DNA of 34,934 bases from an uncultured Ruminococcus sp. (GCA_937901485.1 CALGTT010000173.1:1-34934); one strand, 5' to 3'. Shown: positions 8,391 through 17,423, numbered from the stretch's first letter. Notes: a model not told the origin generated them from the sequence alone. Program-made: numbers and translations.

Positions 8391-9278
8391 TCAATACAGC
8401 ACGAACCACTCCAGTGCGCTGTGCACCCATGCAGCGGCAGCATTATCCGCAGAATAGCTGTCATCGCTGAGAAAGTCCGCAGCACCGACATAAACAATGG
8501 ACGCATTGGCTTTGTCCTCATGGCGGGCATAGCCCATCACATCGAGGGCAGTTTCCTCATAGGTCAGCGGATCGTCCTCCTGACCGCCGTAAGGCTCGCC
8601 AATGACGGACGCGGCGGTTTTCAGCATCACATCCTGTTTTACCGTACTAAAGTGATCCTGATACACAAAATGGAAGCTCCGTGCATCATGGAAATAGACG
8701 ATGCCGGCATCCTGTGCGGAGGAATAGAGGGGCATGTTATCCGGTCTGCCGATATAGTCCGTTTGGATGGTGAACTTGTCACCGTCGAGCATACGCGACG
8801 CATCGGTTTCCGAAATGCGGTCATAATCGAATCGCAGGCAGTAGGGTTCAAGGAACTGCGCAAGGTATTTGAAGCGTATTTCTTCCTCATATGCCGGCAG
8901 GAGGAGCAGCAGATGACCGCCGTCATCCATATAGCTGTTGAGGGCATTCATCTCGTCCCGTGTCAGGTCGGCAGTGGGCGCATTCAGAATGAGCGCGTCA
9001 GCATCCGCAGGGATGTCTGAGAATGTGGATTCGTTCCATACAAAGTCGTCCGCGGCGAGCTGTTCGCGGAATTTTTCCAGCTCTGCGGCATCCGTTGTGC
9101 CGTTTCCGGTGATGTAGCAGAGATTTCTGGAAACCGGCGCAGGCTCGGTGGGTGCGGCAGTTTCGGCGGCAGAATCAACAGATCCGGTGGGAGCAGTGGT
9201 ATTGGTATCCTTGCCGCATCCGGCAAACATGCCGGTGAGCATCAGGCAGGCGCAGAAGAGCGCGGTGGTTCGCTTCAT
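8391..9278 (-). CDS. Putative lipoprotein with a GldG/DUF4350-like alpha/beta domain
   Basis: 295-aa track ORF. SD AAAGGAG 8 nt upstream. Signal sequence with a lipobox-like LTGMFAGC, then a T/A/P linker. The segment ADALILNAPTADLTRDEMNALNSYMDDGGHLLLLLP resembles the ABC-transporter-auxiliary (GldG)/DUF4350 fold; the domain assignment is tentative. Confidence 0.75.
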   Translation of the reverse strand: MKRTTALFCACLMLTGMFAGCGKDTNTTAPTGSVDSAAETAAPTEPAPVSRNLCYITGNGTTDAAELEKFREQLAADDFVWNESTFSDIPADADALILNAPTADLTRDEMNALNSYMDDGGHLLLLLPAYEEEIRFKYLAQFLEPYCLRFDYDRISETDASRMLDGDKFTIQTDYIGRPDNMPLYSSAQDAGIVYFHDARSFHFVYQDHFSTVKQDVMLKTAASVIGEPYGGQEDDPLTYEETALDVMGYARHEDKANASIVYVGAADFLSDDSYSADNAAAAWVHSALEWFVLY

Positions 9279-9332
9279 AAATTAACTCCTTTTCCCGCAG
9301 TGGCGGGGGATGTATTTCCCAGTTCATGTTAT

Positions 9333-9360
9333 AAGGAGCAGAGAATGCACTCTGCTCCTT
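9333..9360 (-). terminator. Hairpin downstream of the hydrolase gene (possible weak or partial terminator)
   Basis: Perfect 11-bp stem AAGGAGCAGAG / CTCTGCTCCTT with a 6-nt loop, 32 nt after stop 9392. No clean U-tract on the minus strand, hence the low confidence. Confidence 0.4.
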
Positions 9361-9391
9361 TATTATAGCATATTTTGCGCCCGAAATCAAG

Positions 9392-11968
9392 CTATTTCCC
9401 CAAAATATACCGCTGTAAACGGACGATATCGTTCACTGTGCCGGCAAGCTCTCCGCTCCGGAAGCGCATTTTCGCTTCGGCGAGATCAAAGCCATCCACA
9501 CGACCATCGGCGTTGACATCCATTGCAAAGGCTGCCGGTGCTTCATAACCATAGAACGCCAGCTCATTCAGCTCACCGCCAGCCTTGACGATCTTCAGCA
9601 GATCCGTCGGGGCAGAAGCCGCCGTCAGCGTCATGGCGCGGTACATGTAGCCGCCCAGATCGCTTGACCAGAGAAGCTTGTCCGTGTGCGCGTCATAGAC
9701 CGAAATGCCGCCCGTACCAAAGGTATCATACACCCCGAAGCCCGTGAAAACGCAGGGTTTCGGGAATTTTGCGTAGCATGTGATATTGCCCGCATTGACA
9801 TTGGTTTCCGGCTTTCCGAGCGTGTCGGTATCGCCGTAGATCATCTGCGGCATGGTCTGCGGTTCATCGAACATGCGGTAGAACTGGTTGAGCGTGTTGT
9901 CCTGCGGCTTTGCGGTCAGGTCGTTGGTTTCCGTCGAAAAATCGGCATTCAGGCAGATGCGCTCCGGTGCGAGATACTGCCCCTTGCCGTTGATGATCTG
10001 CTCCGGTGCGTTTGCTGTCCGGATGAACACGGGCGTTTCGGTAACATCGAGCGTCACTTTTCCGCCGGATACGGGCATTTCCGTGGTCATACCCTCCGCA
10101 TATTCCGAGGGCACGGTCAGATACGCATACGCCGCATTCCCGATGGAAAGGCTGTGATCCGCAATCACCTTGTCCTCATTCGTCGGCGACCAGAGACAAT
10201 AGATCTTCTCCCCCGTGTCCCGATCGGTGAACGCATAGCAGGACACGCCGTTCTCGGAGAGATCCGCTGTAAAATCGGCATTTTCCAGCACATCCGTCAT
10301 GCAGGAAACATAGTACCACGCCGTTTTCTTCTTCCAGCTGCCCTTCTGCGTCACCAGACCGGAATCATAGTACACGCCCTCGCCCTCATCGCGGAGCTGG
10401 AATTTGGACACCCTGTCCACGCCCTCTGCGATGGCGGCAAGGTAGGTTCTCGCCACTCGCTGCGCATATTTCCGCTGGAAATTCTCATTGTCATGGTTAT
10501 CCACACCCTCGACCTCACAGTCGGACATGACGACCTCAAATTCCGAGATCCACAATTCCGTGCCGGGGGCATTCTCGCCGATCCAGTCCTGAAGCTCGTG
10601 AATCCGCTTGACAAAGCCGCTGTCCTCCGGATTCGGAGTATCCGGTCCGATGTGGACATTGATGATGTCCACGGCGAATTTCCCGTCCGTGCGGTTATAA
10701 TCGAACCACAGCTTCATTTCGTCGAGGTAGTCGATCATGGTCGGCGTGCCGACAAGTCCGCCCATGGCAAGCTTGAAATCGGGATCGGCGGCTTTCACGC
10801 CGGCGTTCGGGATCGTGCCCTCGTGTCCGTCATAATCCGCCGAACACATCGCCGCCAGCTCATAGGGCGTAAAGTAATTCGACTTGCCAGCCCAGCCCTT
10901 GTTCGGCTCATTGGAATTTTCCAGTGCCTTCAGAAGCCCCATGCCGATTTTCACATCCTGCGCATCGGTGATATTGATCGTGGAGGGATCGACATCGGGA
11001 TTGTGTCCGTAGCGTGCTGCCACCTGATAGAGCGTCTGCGCATGGAGGGCGTAGCTTTCCGGATCGAGGGTATCCGCACCCTCGGCAACAGGAATTTCCG
11101 GCACGGAATCCGCATCGCCGGAAATCACGGCACTGCCAGCCTGAAAACACGGAATAATGTCGATGTTCTGCGCTTTCATCGAGGCATAGAAGCTGTCCAT
11201 ATCGCCCCATGTGCCCTGTGTGAATTTGGTTTTTCCGCTTGCATCGAGAAGCCAGCTGAAATTGTGATACTCGCGCACGTTGCCGCCTGCCATGATCGCT
11301 GTCATCGGATCGTCAATGAACGCATTGAAGCCGATGATACCGCCTGCGGTGAGGTTGATCTGTGCGGAGGTGTTCGGCTTCGGGGCAGTTTTCGCAAGCT
11401 GTTTCTCCGTCAGATCGGACGAAAAATAGCCATAGATCGCAAGCTCCGCTACGCCGCTGTCCCCTGCGGGCGTGGAGAAGCGCAGATAGCGTGTGGCTTT
11501 TGGATTTTCAAAGGTCAGACCGCGCCACGCATTGTACCAGTCGGTCGTAAACGCCCCGATCTCCTCCCACGCGAACGGCTCGCCGCTTTCCACCGTCCAT
11601 TCGTTGATACCGTTGGAATCCATAAAGCAGATGCCGGTAATGACGTAATTCGCCCCGAAGTCGATGTAGAACGAATCATCCCCGAACGCCTGCATATTGG
11701 GTTTCCAGTTGGTGTGGCCGGTCGCCTCCCAAAGCTCCTTGTCCACACTCGTATCCTCCGGCGAGGCAGGAACTTTGTCCTGATCATCGAACAAAACAGA
11801 CGCATCCCTGAGATAGTCCGCCCCCAGATGCGCCAGATTTTCGTCCATGACCGTGAACTGTGTCATGTCCAGCAGTGCGGACTGCGGCTCTGCCGCCGAC
11901 ACGGGCAGTGCACTTGCGCAGAGCACAAGGGCTGTCAGAAACGCGGTCAGCTTTCGTAAATATTGCAT
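9392..11968 (-). CDS. Secreted multidomain glycoside hydrolase: two F5/8-type-C/CBM32-like modules flanking a clan GH-A-like TIM-barrel, plus an atypical C-terminal dockerin
   Basis: Track ORF trimmed to ATG 11968 (MQYLRKLTAFLTALVLCASALPVSAAEP), with SD AAGGAGA 8 nt upstream. Candidate acid/base motif LENSNEPN and candidate nucleophile motif LWISEFE. Discoidin-like segments end in ELAIYGY and ELAFYGY. C-terminus DVNADGRVDGFDLAEAKMRF ... TVNDIVRLQRYILGK is a dockerin with a degenerate second loop. The GH family cannot be assigned by eye. Confidence 0.85.
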   Translation of the reverse strand: MQYLRKLTAFLTALVLCASALPVSAAEPQSALLDMTQFTVMDENLAHLGADYLRDASVLFDDQDKVPASPEDTSVDKELWEATGHTNWKPNMQAFGDDSFYIDFGANYVITGICFMDSNGINEWTVESGEPFAWEEIGAFTTDWYNAWRGLTFENPKATRYLRFSTPAGDSGVAELAIYGYFSSDLTEKQLAKTAPKPNTSAQINLTAGGIIGFNAFIDDPMTAIMAGGNVREYHNFSWLLDASGKTKFTQGTWGDMDSFYASMKAQNIDIIPCFQAGSAVISGDADSVPEIPVAEGADTLDPESYALHAQTLYQVAARYGHNPDVDPSTINITDAQDVKIGMGLLKALENSNEPNKGWAGKSNYFTPYELAAMCSADYDGHEGTIPNAGVKAADPDFKLAMGGLVGTPTMIDYLDEMKLWFDYNRTDGKFAVDIINVHIGPDTPNPEDSGFVKRIHELQDWIGENAPGTELWISEFEVVMSDCEVEGVDNHDNENFQRKYAQRVARTYLAAIAEGVDRVSKFQLRDEGEGVYYDSGLVTQKGSWKKKTAWYYVSCMTDVLENADFTADLSENGVSCYAFTDRDTGEKIYCLWSPTNEDKVIADHSLSIGNAAYAYLTVPSEYAEGMTTEMPVSGGKVTLDVTETPVFIRTANAPEQIINGKGQYLAPERICLNADFSTETNDLTAKPQDNTLNQFYRMFDEPQTMPQMIYGDTDTLGKPETNVNAGNITCYAKFPKPCVFTGFGVYDTFGTGGISVYDAHTDKLLWSSDLGGYMYRAMTLTAASAPTDLLKIVKAGGELNELAFYGYEAPAAFAMDVNADGRVDGFDLAEAKMRFRSGELAGTVNDIVRLQRYILGK

Positions 11969-12010
11969 AATTCCATCTCCTTTTTGGGAAAGGTTTTCTA
12001 CCATATGTAT

Positions 12011-12039
12011 ATGATAGCACAGAATCCCCGAAAAGTCAA
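12011..12039 (-). promoter_or_regulatory. Candidate sigma-A promoter for the hydrolase gene
   Basis: Minus strand: TTGACT (12039-12034), 17 nt, TATCAT (12016-12011), with an extended TG, about 40 nt upstream of ATG 11968. Confidence 0.55.
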
Positions 12040-12144
12040 CGAAAAACGCACATGCCGAGATATGCAAAACGCACAAAAAAACAAAAGGGATTTTGTACCA
12101 AATTGCCTATAGCGTGGAAAATTCGTCTATATCCCCGACAATTC

Positions 12145-12173
12145 TTGACTTTTTTCGATCCGAGGTATAAAAT
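12145..12173 (+). promoter_or_regulatory. Candidate sigma-A promoter for the MATE gene
   Basis: TTGACT (12145-12150), 17 nt, TAAAAT (12168-12173), about 30 nt upstream of the start. Confidence 0.45.
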
Positions 12174-12207
12174 AAAAGATAGAAAATATACAAAAAGGAG
12201 AATGCAT

Positions 12208-13569
12208 ATGAATGACAAGACAAGAGAAGTCTTCCGGAACGCCCCCGTTCCGGTGGCTGTACTGACCAACATCATCCCCTCGATCGTCAGCATGATCATG
12301 GTGCTGCTGTACAATCTGGCGGATACATTTTTCATCGGGCAGACCAAAGATCCGCTTATGGTCGCGGCGGTTTCTGTCGCAACGCCGGCATTTCTGCTGT
12401 TCATGGCAGTGGGTATGCTGTTCGGTATCGGCGGCACTTCCCTGATCTCGCGCACACTGGGAGAGGGCAACGAAAGGAAGGCGCGGCGCATCTCGTCATT
12501 CTGCTTCTGGACGGGGCTGGGGATCGGCGTGGTTTCCACACTCCTGATGATCCTGTTCAGCCGTCCGATCTGTATGCTCATCGGTGCAAGTGCGGATACA
12601 GTGGGCTATGCTTCGCAGTATCTTTCCATCGTGGCACTGGGTATCCCATTCCTCATCCTGAGCAATGCATTCAGCAATATCATCCGTGCGGAGGGCAAGC
12701 CCGTGATCGCAATGGCTGGCATGATCGCCGGCAATCTGGTGAACATCGTGTTCGATCCGATCATGATCCTGAGCTTCGGCTGGGATGTTGCCGGTGCGGC
12801 GATCGCAACGGTGCTGGGCAATGTGGTTTCATCGGTGATCTACCTCGTCCACCTGCTCTCCAAAAAATCCATCCTCTCGATCCATCCCAAGCACTACCGT
12901 GTAAGAAACGGCATCCTTTCGGGAGTTTTCGCGATCGGCATTCCGGCATCCCTCAACAGCGTGCTGATGAGCTTTTCGAATATCATCATCAACAACCTCA
13001 TGCAGCCGCACGGCGATATGGCGGTGGCAGGTCTGGGCGTGGCGATGAAGGTCAACATGATCGTGGTGATGCTCCTGATCGGACTGGGCACGGGCATCCA
13101 GCCGCTGCTGGGCTACTGCTTCGGTGCAGGCAACCGCAAACGCTACATGGCAGTGCTGAAATTTTCGCTGTGTCTCGCGCTTGGTCTGAGTGCGGTGATG
13201 ACAGTAGTCTGCTACGCCTTTGCAGGTCCTTTGGTAACGGCGTTTCTCGATAATGCGGACGCATACGGCTTTGGTATGCAGTTTGCAAGAATCTATATTT
13301 ATTCCGGTCCCATTCTGGGTGTGCTGTTCGTGCTGATGAATGCGATCCAGTCCACCGGTGCAGCTCTCCCCTCCCTGATCCTTTCCCTGAGCCGGCAGGG
13401 TATCCTGTTCATCCCGACCATCCTGATCCTGAACACCTTCCACGATGCCAGAATCCTCTCCATGGCACAGCCCATCACGGATTATCTCGCAACAACGGTT
13501 GCAGCGATCCTGTTTATTGCGACGTATCGGAAGTATCTGAAGAAGATGCAGGAAACAACGGAAGCCTGA
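12208..13569 (+). CDS. MATE family efflux transporter
   Basis: Track ORF trimmed. AAAGGAG (12194-12200) lies 7 nt before ATG 12208 (MNDKTREVFRN...); the ATG at 12202 is too close to the SD. The product is 453 aa with 12 predicted TM segments and a typical MATE N-terminus: PSIVSMIMVLLYNLADTFFIGQ ... GIGGTSLISRTLGEG. Confidence 0.9.
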   Translation: MNDKTREVFRNAPVPVAVLTNIIPSIVSMIMVLLYNLADTFFIGQTKDPLMVAAVSVATPAFLLFMAVGMLFGIGGTSLISRTLGEGNERKARRISSFCFWTGLGIGVVSTLLMILFSRPICMLIGASADTVGYASQYLSIVALGIPFLILSNAFSNIIRAEGKPVIAMAGMIAGNLVNIVFDPIMILSFGWDVAGAAIATVLGNVVSSVIYLVHLLSKKSILSIHPKHYRVRNGILSGVFAIGIPASLNSVLMSFSNIIINNLMQPHGDMAVAGLGVAMKVNMIVVMLLIGLGTGIQPLLGYCFGAGNRKRYMAVLKFSLCLALGLSAVMTVVCYAFAGPLVTAFLDNADAYGFGMQFARIYIYSGPILGVLFVLMNAIQSTGAALPSLILSLSRQGILFIPTILILNTFHDARILSMAQPITDYLATTVAAILFIATYRKYLKKMQETTEA

Positions 13570-13577
13570 AACAAAAA

Positions 13578-13611
13578 CCGCCATACAGCGTAAAAACTGT
13601 ACGGCGGTTTT
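13578..13611. terminator. Rho-independent terminator (usable in both directions) between MATE and GNAT genes
   Basis: Stem CCGCCATACAG / CTGTACGGCGG pairs 10 of 11 positions, with an 8-nt loop. AAAAA lies 5' and TTTT lies 3'. Confidence 0.75.
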
Positions 13612-13647
13612 ATGTTATCCTACAAACGAATCAGCGGACAAGGAGCG

Positions 13648-14307
13648 TTAATCCTCCAGCTTCATCCCCGATCTGCAATGAATATAGAACTCCTCCTGAC
13701 TCGGCTTCCAGCCCTTTTCCTTGGGCGGGAACTGTGCATCAAACACAGCAACAGCGGCTTCATCCTCGCAGGGAGCACTTGCGGTGCTCTCGTGGAAATA
13801 CCATCTTCTGCCGTCAAATGCACCGGGTTTCAGCTCCTTGCAGAGCATTGCCATCGGGACATAATCGCCCTCCAGACAGATATTGTGCTTCTGGCAGCTG
13901 ACAAAGCCCCGTCCCACATAATTCGCGGGGCTGCCGAAAATGACGATGGCATCGTAGCCCAGCTCCCGTGCCTTTGCAAAGGAATGCTCCAGCAGAAGTC
14001 CGCTGTATCCCCTGCGCTGGTGCGCCGGATGGATGCAGAGAGGACCAAAGGAAAGAATGGTCTTTTCCTCGCCGGATTTGTCCACAAGTCGGGACTTTGT
14101 GTACATGACATTGCCGATGATCCCGCCGTCAAGCTCCAGCACGAATGCCAGCTCCGGCACGAAATCGGGATGCTCACGCATCACATGCACAAAATAATGC
14201 TCATTGCAGCCCGGCACATACTGATTCCAGAATGCTTCACGGGTGAGTGTTTCCACTGCACGGTAGTCAGCGGGTGTTTCCAGTCGGATGATGATGTTTT
14301 CGTTCAT
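13648..14307 (-). CDS. GNAT family N-acetyltransferase (YhbS-like)
   Basis: 219-aa track ORF. Acetyl-CoA binding motif LCIHPAHQRRGYSGLLLEHSFAKARELGYD and a YhbS-like C-terminal extension. Confidence 0.9.
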   Translation of the reverse strand: MNENIIIRLETPADYRAVETLTREAFWNQYVPGCNEHYFVHVMREHPDFVPELAFVLELDGGIIGNVMYTKSRLVDKSGEEKTILSFGPLCIHPAHQRRGYSGLLLEHSFAKARELGYDAIVIFGSPANYVGRGFVSCQKHNICLEGDYVPMAMLCKELKPGAFDGRRWYFHESTASAPCEDEAAVAVFDAQFPPKEKGWKPSQEEFYIHCRSGMKLED

Positions 14308-14433
14308 GATAATTACCTCCAGAGAATTTTCGTGTTTTGTGAAATCCTATGGGAGGTCTGTGTGATTCTATCTCTGACCTCCCGATCAGGATACAATCTC
14401 CTTTTTGTTGAAATGCTTCAAACACTTCTCTCC

Positions 14434-14580
14434 TTACTCGTCATGTGTTAATTTTTTGTTTGCCGCGATCGTCAGAAGCAGGACGATAATGTCATCCACA
14501 GGGCCGGGCACGAGGTCAACGGGGGATATGATATACGCCGCAACTGCGATCAGTACGATGATCTTTGCCAATCCTTTCAT
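14434..14580 (-). CDS. 48-aa membrane mini-protein with a DUF1232 (YkvA)-like motif
   Basis: Below the track size cut-off. My translation: MKGLAKIIVLIAVAAYIISPVDLVPGPVDDIIVLLLTIAANKKLTHDE. SD GAAAGGAAG 8 nt upstream. Y-x2-SP-x-DL-x-P ... DD-x2-V is the DUF1232 core. Confidence 0.55.
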   Translation of the reverse strand: MKGLAKIIVLIAVAAYIISPVDLVPGPVDDIIVLLLTIAANKKLTHDE

Positions 14581-14640
14581 GACTGCACTTCCTTTCTGAC
14601 AATGCTGACACATTTATGATAACATATCTGCGCGGAAATG

Positions 14641-15885
14641 TCAATCTTCCACGGCATATTCCTGCGCTTTTTTCTGCCGCTTGACATCCACCATGATATC
14701 CACAAGCGTGCCGTCCGCGGTGTATTCCTCGGAAAAGAGCTTGCCCTCCTCGCGCAGGAGCTGCAAAAATCCGCCCTCGGCATAGGGAATGCAGAGCTTC
14801 ATGCGCTTTGCGGTCTGCGGCAGTCCGTGCACGATCGCTTTGAGCAGGTGGTCGAGTCCGTCACCGGGCTTCGCGCTGATCCAGACATTCTCAAAGTCGC
14901 TCTGCTTGGGGATATCCACAAGATCCGCCTTGTTGAGCACATGGATCTGCGGAATTTCCGCACAGCCCAGATCGTTCAGAAGCTCCTGCGTGATCTTCAT
15001 GCGCTCCTGCACATCCGGCTCGGAGGCATCGAGGACATGCAGAATAAGATCTGCCTGCGCCGTTTCCTCCAGCGTCGAACGGAACGCTTCGACCAGATGG
15101 TGGGGCAGGCGGCGGATGAGTCCGACCGTATCGGACAGGAGCACGGTTCTGCCGTCGGGCAGTTCGAGTGCTCTTGCAGTGACATCAAGCGTGGCAAAGA
15201 GCTTGTTTTCTGCCAGCACACCGGCATCGGTGAGCATATTAAAAAGCGTGGATTTTCCGGCATTGGTATAGCCGACAATGGCGGCGGTCAGAATGCCGTC
15301 CTTCTTTCTGCGGCTGCCGATGAATTTGCGGTGCTGTTCCATCTCACGCAGTTCCTTTTCGAGCTGTGCCACACGGCTGCGGATGTGACGGCGGTCGGTT
15401 TCGAGCTTCGTTTCGCCCGGTCCTCTCGTGCCGATACCGCCGCCGAGTCGGGACAGTGCCGTGCCCATACCGGTCAGGCGCGTCATGCGGTATTTGTACT
15501 GCGCAAGAGAAACCTGCACCTTGCCCTCACGGGTGCGTGCGCGTCCTGCGAAGATATCGAGGATGAGCATGGTGCGGTCGATGACCTTGCAGTCGGCGGC
15601 ATCGGAGATGTTGCGCATCTGCATACCGGTCAGCTCAAGGTCAAAGATGAGCATGTCCGCTTCGAGCACCTTCACCTGCTCTGCGATCTCCTCCAGCTTG
15701 CCTGCGCCGATGCAGGTTGCCGCTTCCGGTGCGGGGCGGCTCTGGATGGCAGTGGCGATGACCTCGCAGCCTGCGGTATCCGCAAGCTCTGCCAGCTCCT
15801 CGATGGACTGCTGTGCGTCATATTCTCCCGTGTCGATGCCAACGAGGATGACACGGGGCATTTTTTCCAGTTCTATTTCATGCAT
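14641..15885 (-). CDS. hflX: Ribosome-associated GTPase HflX
   Basis: 414-aa track ORF. HflX N-domain (IFDLELTGMQMRNI, ILDIFAGRARTREGKVQVSLAQ), linker helix, and G-domain motifs GYTNAGKST, DTVG, NKAD. SD GGGAGGA lies 9 nt upstream, inside the end of the preceding small ORF. Confidence 0.95.
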   Translation of the reverse strand: MHEIELEKMPRVILVGIDTGEYDAQQSIEELAELADTAGCEVIATAIQSRPAPEAATCIGAGKLEEIAEQVKVLEADMLIFDLELTGMQMRNISDAADCKVIDRTMLILDIFAGRARTREGKVQVSLAQYKYRMTRLTGMGTALSRLGGGIGTRGPGETKLETDRRHIRSRVAQLEKELREMEQHRKFIGSRRKKDGILTAAIVGYTNAGKSTLFNMLTDAGVLAENKLFATLDVTARALELPDGRTVLLSDTVGLIRRLPHHLVEAFRSTLEETAQADLILHVLDASEPDVQERMKITQELLNDLGCAEIPQIHVLNKADLVDIPKQSDFENVWISAKPGDGLDHLLKAIVHGLPQTAKRMKLCIPYAEGGFLQLLREEGKLFSEEYTADGTLVDIMVDVKRQKKAQEYAVED

Positions 15886-15890
15886 ATAGA

Positions 15891-16058
15891 TTAGTCCTCC
15901 CAGTTTCTTTTCCTGTGCTTCGTGTGCCGCCTGTACGCCTTTTTATTCTCCTCCTGCCGCGCGGCAGGATTGCAAAGCCCCCAGCTTCCGCGCTTTTTCA
16001 GATCCAGCTTTCTTCTGGCTTTTTTGCTCATTTTGGCATAGGGTACGAATTTTTCCAT
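15891..16058 (-). CDS. 55-aa highly basic protein of unknown function
   Basis: This is the internal ATG of track ORF 15891-16211: MEKFVPYAKMSKKARRKLDLKKRGSWGLCNPAARQEENKKAYRRHTKHRKRNWED, with 19 of 55 residues K or R. SD GAGGT about 5 nt upstream. The start is 7 nt after the rtcB stop and the stop is 5 nt before the hflX start. Confidence 0.55.
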   Translation of the reverse strand: MEKFVPYAKMSKKARRKLDLKKRGSWGLCNPAARQEENKKAYRRHTKHRKRNWED

Positions 16059-16065
16059 CCGTACC

Positions 16066-17289
16066 TCATTTCTTCCACGGTGCATCCTCCGAACCTGCCT
16101 TGAAATTGTAGATGGGCTTGAGCACATCCACGATCTCGGCGGTGGGAGTGATGTTCTCGGTGATGGCTGCCATATCCTTGTACGCCATCGGGCATTCGTC
16201 AAGCGTATCACGGCTGACGGAGGTCGTGTAGATGCCCTCCATCTGCCGGCGGTATTCCGCCATGGAACAGCTTTCCTTCGCTTCGCTTCTCGACATCAGC
16301 CGCCCTGCGCCATGGGGTGCGGAGCAGTTCCAGTCAGGGTTGCCCTTTCCTCTGCAAAGCAGTGAGCCGTCACGCATATTGATGGGCACGAGGAGGATTT
16401 CGCCCTCCTGTGCGGAAACCGCGCCCTTTCGCAGGATCATGTGCTCGGTGTCGATATAGTTGTGGATGGTCGCGAACTGTTCCTGCACATGCCAGTGCAT
16501 TCCCTTGACGATCTCACGGAGCATCGCGCGGCGGTTCAGGCTTGCAAATTCCTGCACGATCCGCATGTCGTGGATGTATTGCCGGAACAGCTCGCCCTCG
16601 CAGTAGGCAAGGTGCTTGGGGACATCGGTGCGCTTGGTGTTTTTCAGTGCCTTGATCGCGCCGGAGATTTCGCGCTGTCTGCCCTCGGCTTTGAGCTGTG
16701 CAATGAGCGCGTTTACATCCGTGTCACTGGACTTGTTCAGGCGGCGGTACGCCTCCTCCTGATACCATTTTGCGACCTCCACGCCGAGGTGACGCGAGCC
16801 GGAGTGGATGACGAGGTAGAGCGTGCCGTCGCTCCCCTTTTCCACCTCGATGAAGTGGTTGCCGCCGCCGAGCGTGCCGATGCTGCAAAGTGCACGGCTT
16901 TCGTTAATGTGGTCGAAGCAGTACAGCTCCAGCAGGTCGGTCTGATCGGCGAAGCTGTGCGGTTTTTCGCGGACGGCAAAGCCGGACGGGATCTTTTCGC
17001 GGATGACCTTGTCAAGCCGCTGGGGTTCGATGTGGGTTTCCCGGAGGACGGCAGTTTCCATGCCGCAGCCGATGTCCACACCGACGAGATTGGGAACGAC
17101 CTTGTCCGTGATAGTCATGGTCGTGCCGATGGTACAGCCCATTCCGGCGTGCACATCGGGCATGATACGGATGCTTGCCCCTTCTGCAAAGGGCTGATTG
17201 CAAAGTGCGGTGATCTGTGAAATGGCGGTCGCATCGGCGCAGTCGGTAAAGACCTTTGCCATGCTGTACGCGCCGCGGATCTCAAACAT
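16066..17289 (-). CDS. rtcB: RNA 3'-phosphate/2',3'-cyclic phosphate ligase RtcB
   Basis: Track ORF trimmed to ATG 17289 (MFEIRGAYSMAKVF...), with SD AAGGAG 7 nt upstream. The product is 407 aa. RtcB metal/GMP-site motifs are present: MPDVHAGMGCTIG, GVDIGCGM, GGGNHFIE, HSGSRHLG, TIHNYID, APHGAGR. Confidence 0.95.
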   Translation of the reverse strand: MFEIRGAYSMAKVFTDCADATAISQITALCNQPFAEGASIRIMPDVHAGMGCTIGTTMTITDKVVPNLVGVDIGCGMETAVLRETHIEPQRLDKVIREKIPSGFAVREKPHSFADQTDLLELYCFDHINESRALCSIGTLGGGNHFIEVEKGSDGTLYLVIHSGSRHLGVEVAKWYQEEAYRRLNKSSDTDVNALIAQLKAEGRQREISGAIKALKNTKRTDVPKHLAYCEGELFRQYIHDMRIVQEFASLNRRAMLREIVKGMHWHVQEQFATIHNYIDTEHMILRKGAVSAQEGEILLVPINMRDGSLLCRGKGNPDWNCSAPHGAGRLMSRSEAKESCSMAEYRRQMEGIYTTSVSRDTLDECPMAYKDMAAITENITPTAEIVDVLKPIYNFKAGSEDAPWKK

Positions 17290-17351
17290 AGTGTACTCCT
17301 TTTCTGCCGCACCTGCCTTGCCGGATGGAAGATTTGCCCGCAGACGGACGC

Positions 17352-17383
17352 AAAAAGGCACTCCTGTTCAAAACAGAAGTGCC
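17352..17383 (-). terminator. Intrinsic terminator inside the rtcB leader (candidate attenuator)
   Basis: Minus-strand RNA GGCACUUCUGUU uug AACAGGAGUGCC forms a 12-bp stem with one G-U pair, followed by UUUUU. It lies 62 nt upstream of the rtcB ATG and 40 nt downstream of the uORF stop. Confidence 0.7.
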
Positions 17384-17423
17384 CATTGAATCCGTACGGT
17401 AAGATACTATGACCTGCGGAAAA

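Noticed and set aside
9686-11959. 757-aa plus-strand ORF
   Set aside because: It is antisense to the glycoside hydrolase gene, and its product is Arg/His/Ile-rich low-complexity sequence.
12829-13584. 251-aa minus-strand ORF
   Set aside because: It is antisense to the MATE transporter gene.
14351-14383. Inverted repeat GGGAGGTC / GACCTCCC (8-bp stem, 17-nt loop) between the 48-aa gene and the GNAT gene, considered as a terminator
   Set aside because: It has a large loop and no U-tract on either strand, so I cannot support a function.
14638-15894. 418-aa plus-strand ORF
   Set aside because: It is antisense to hflX, which has unmistakable GTPase motifs.
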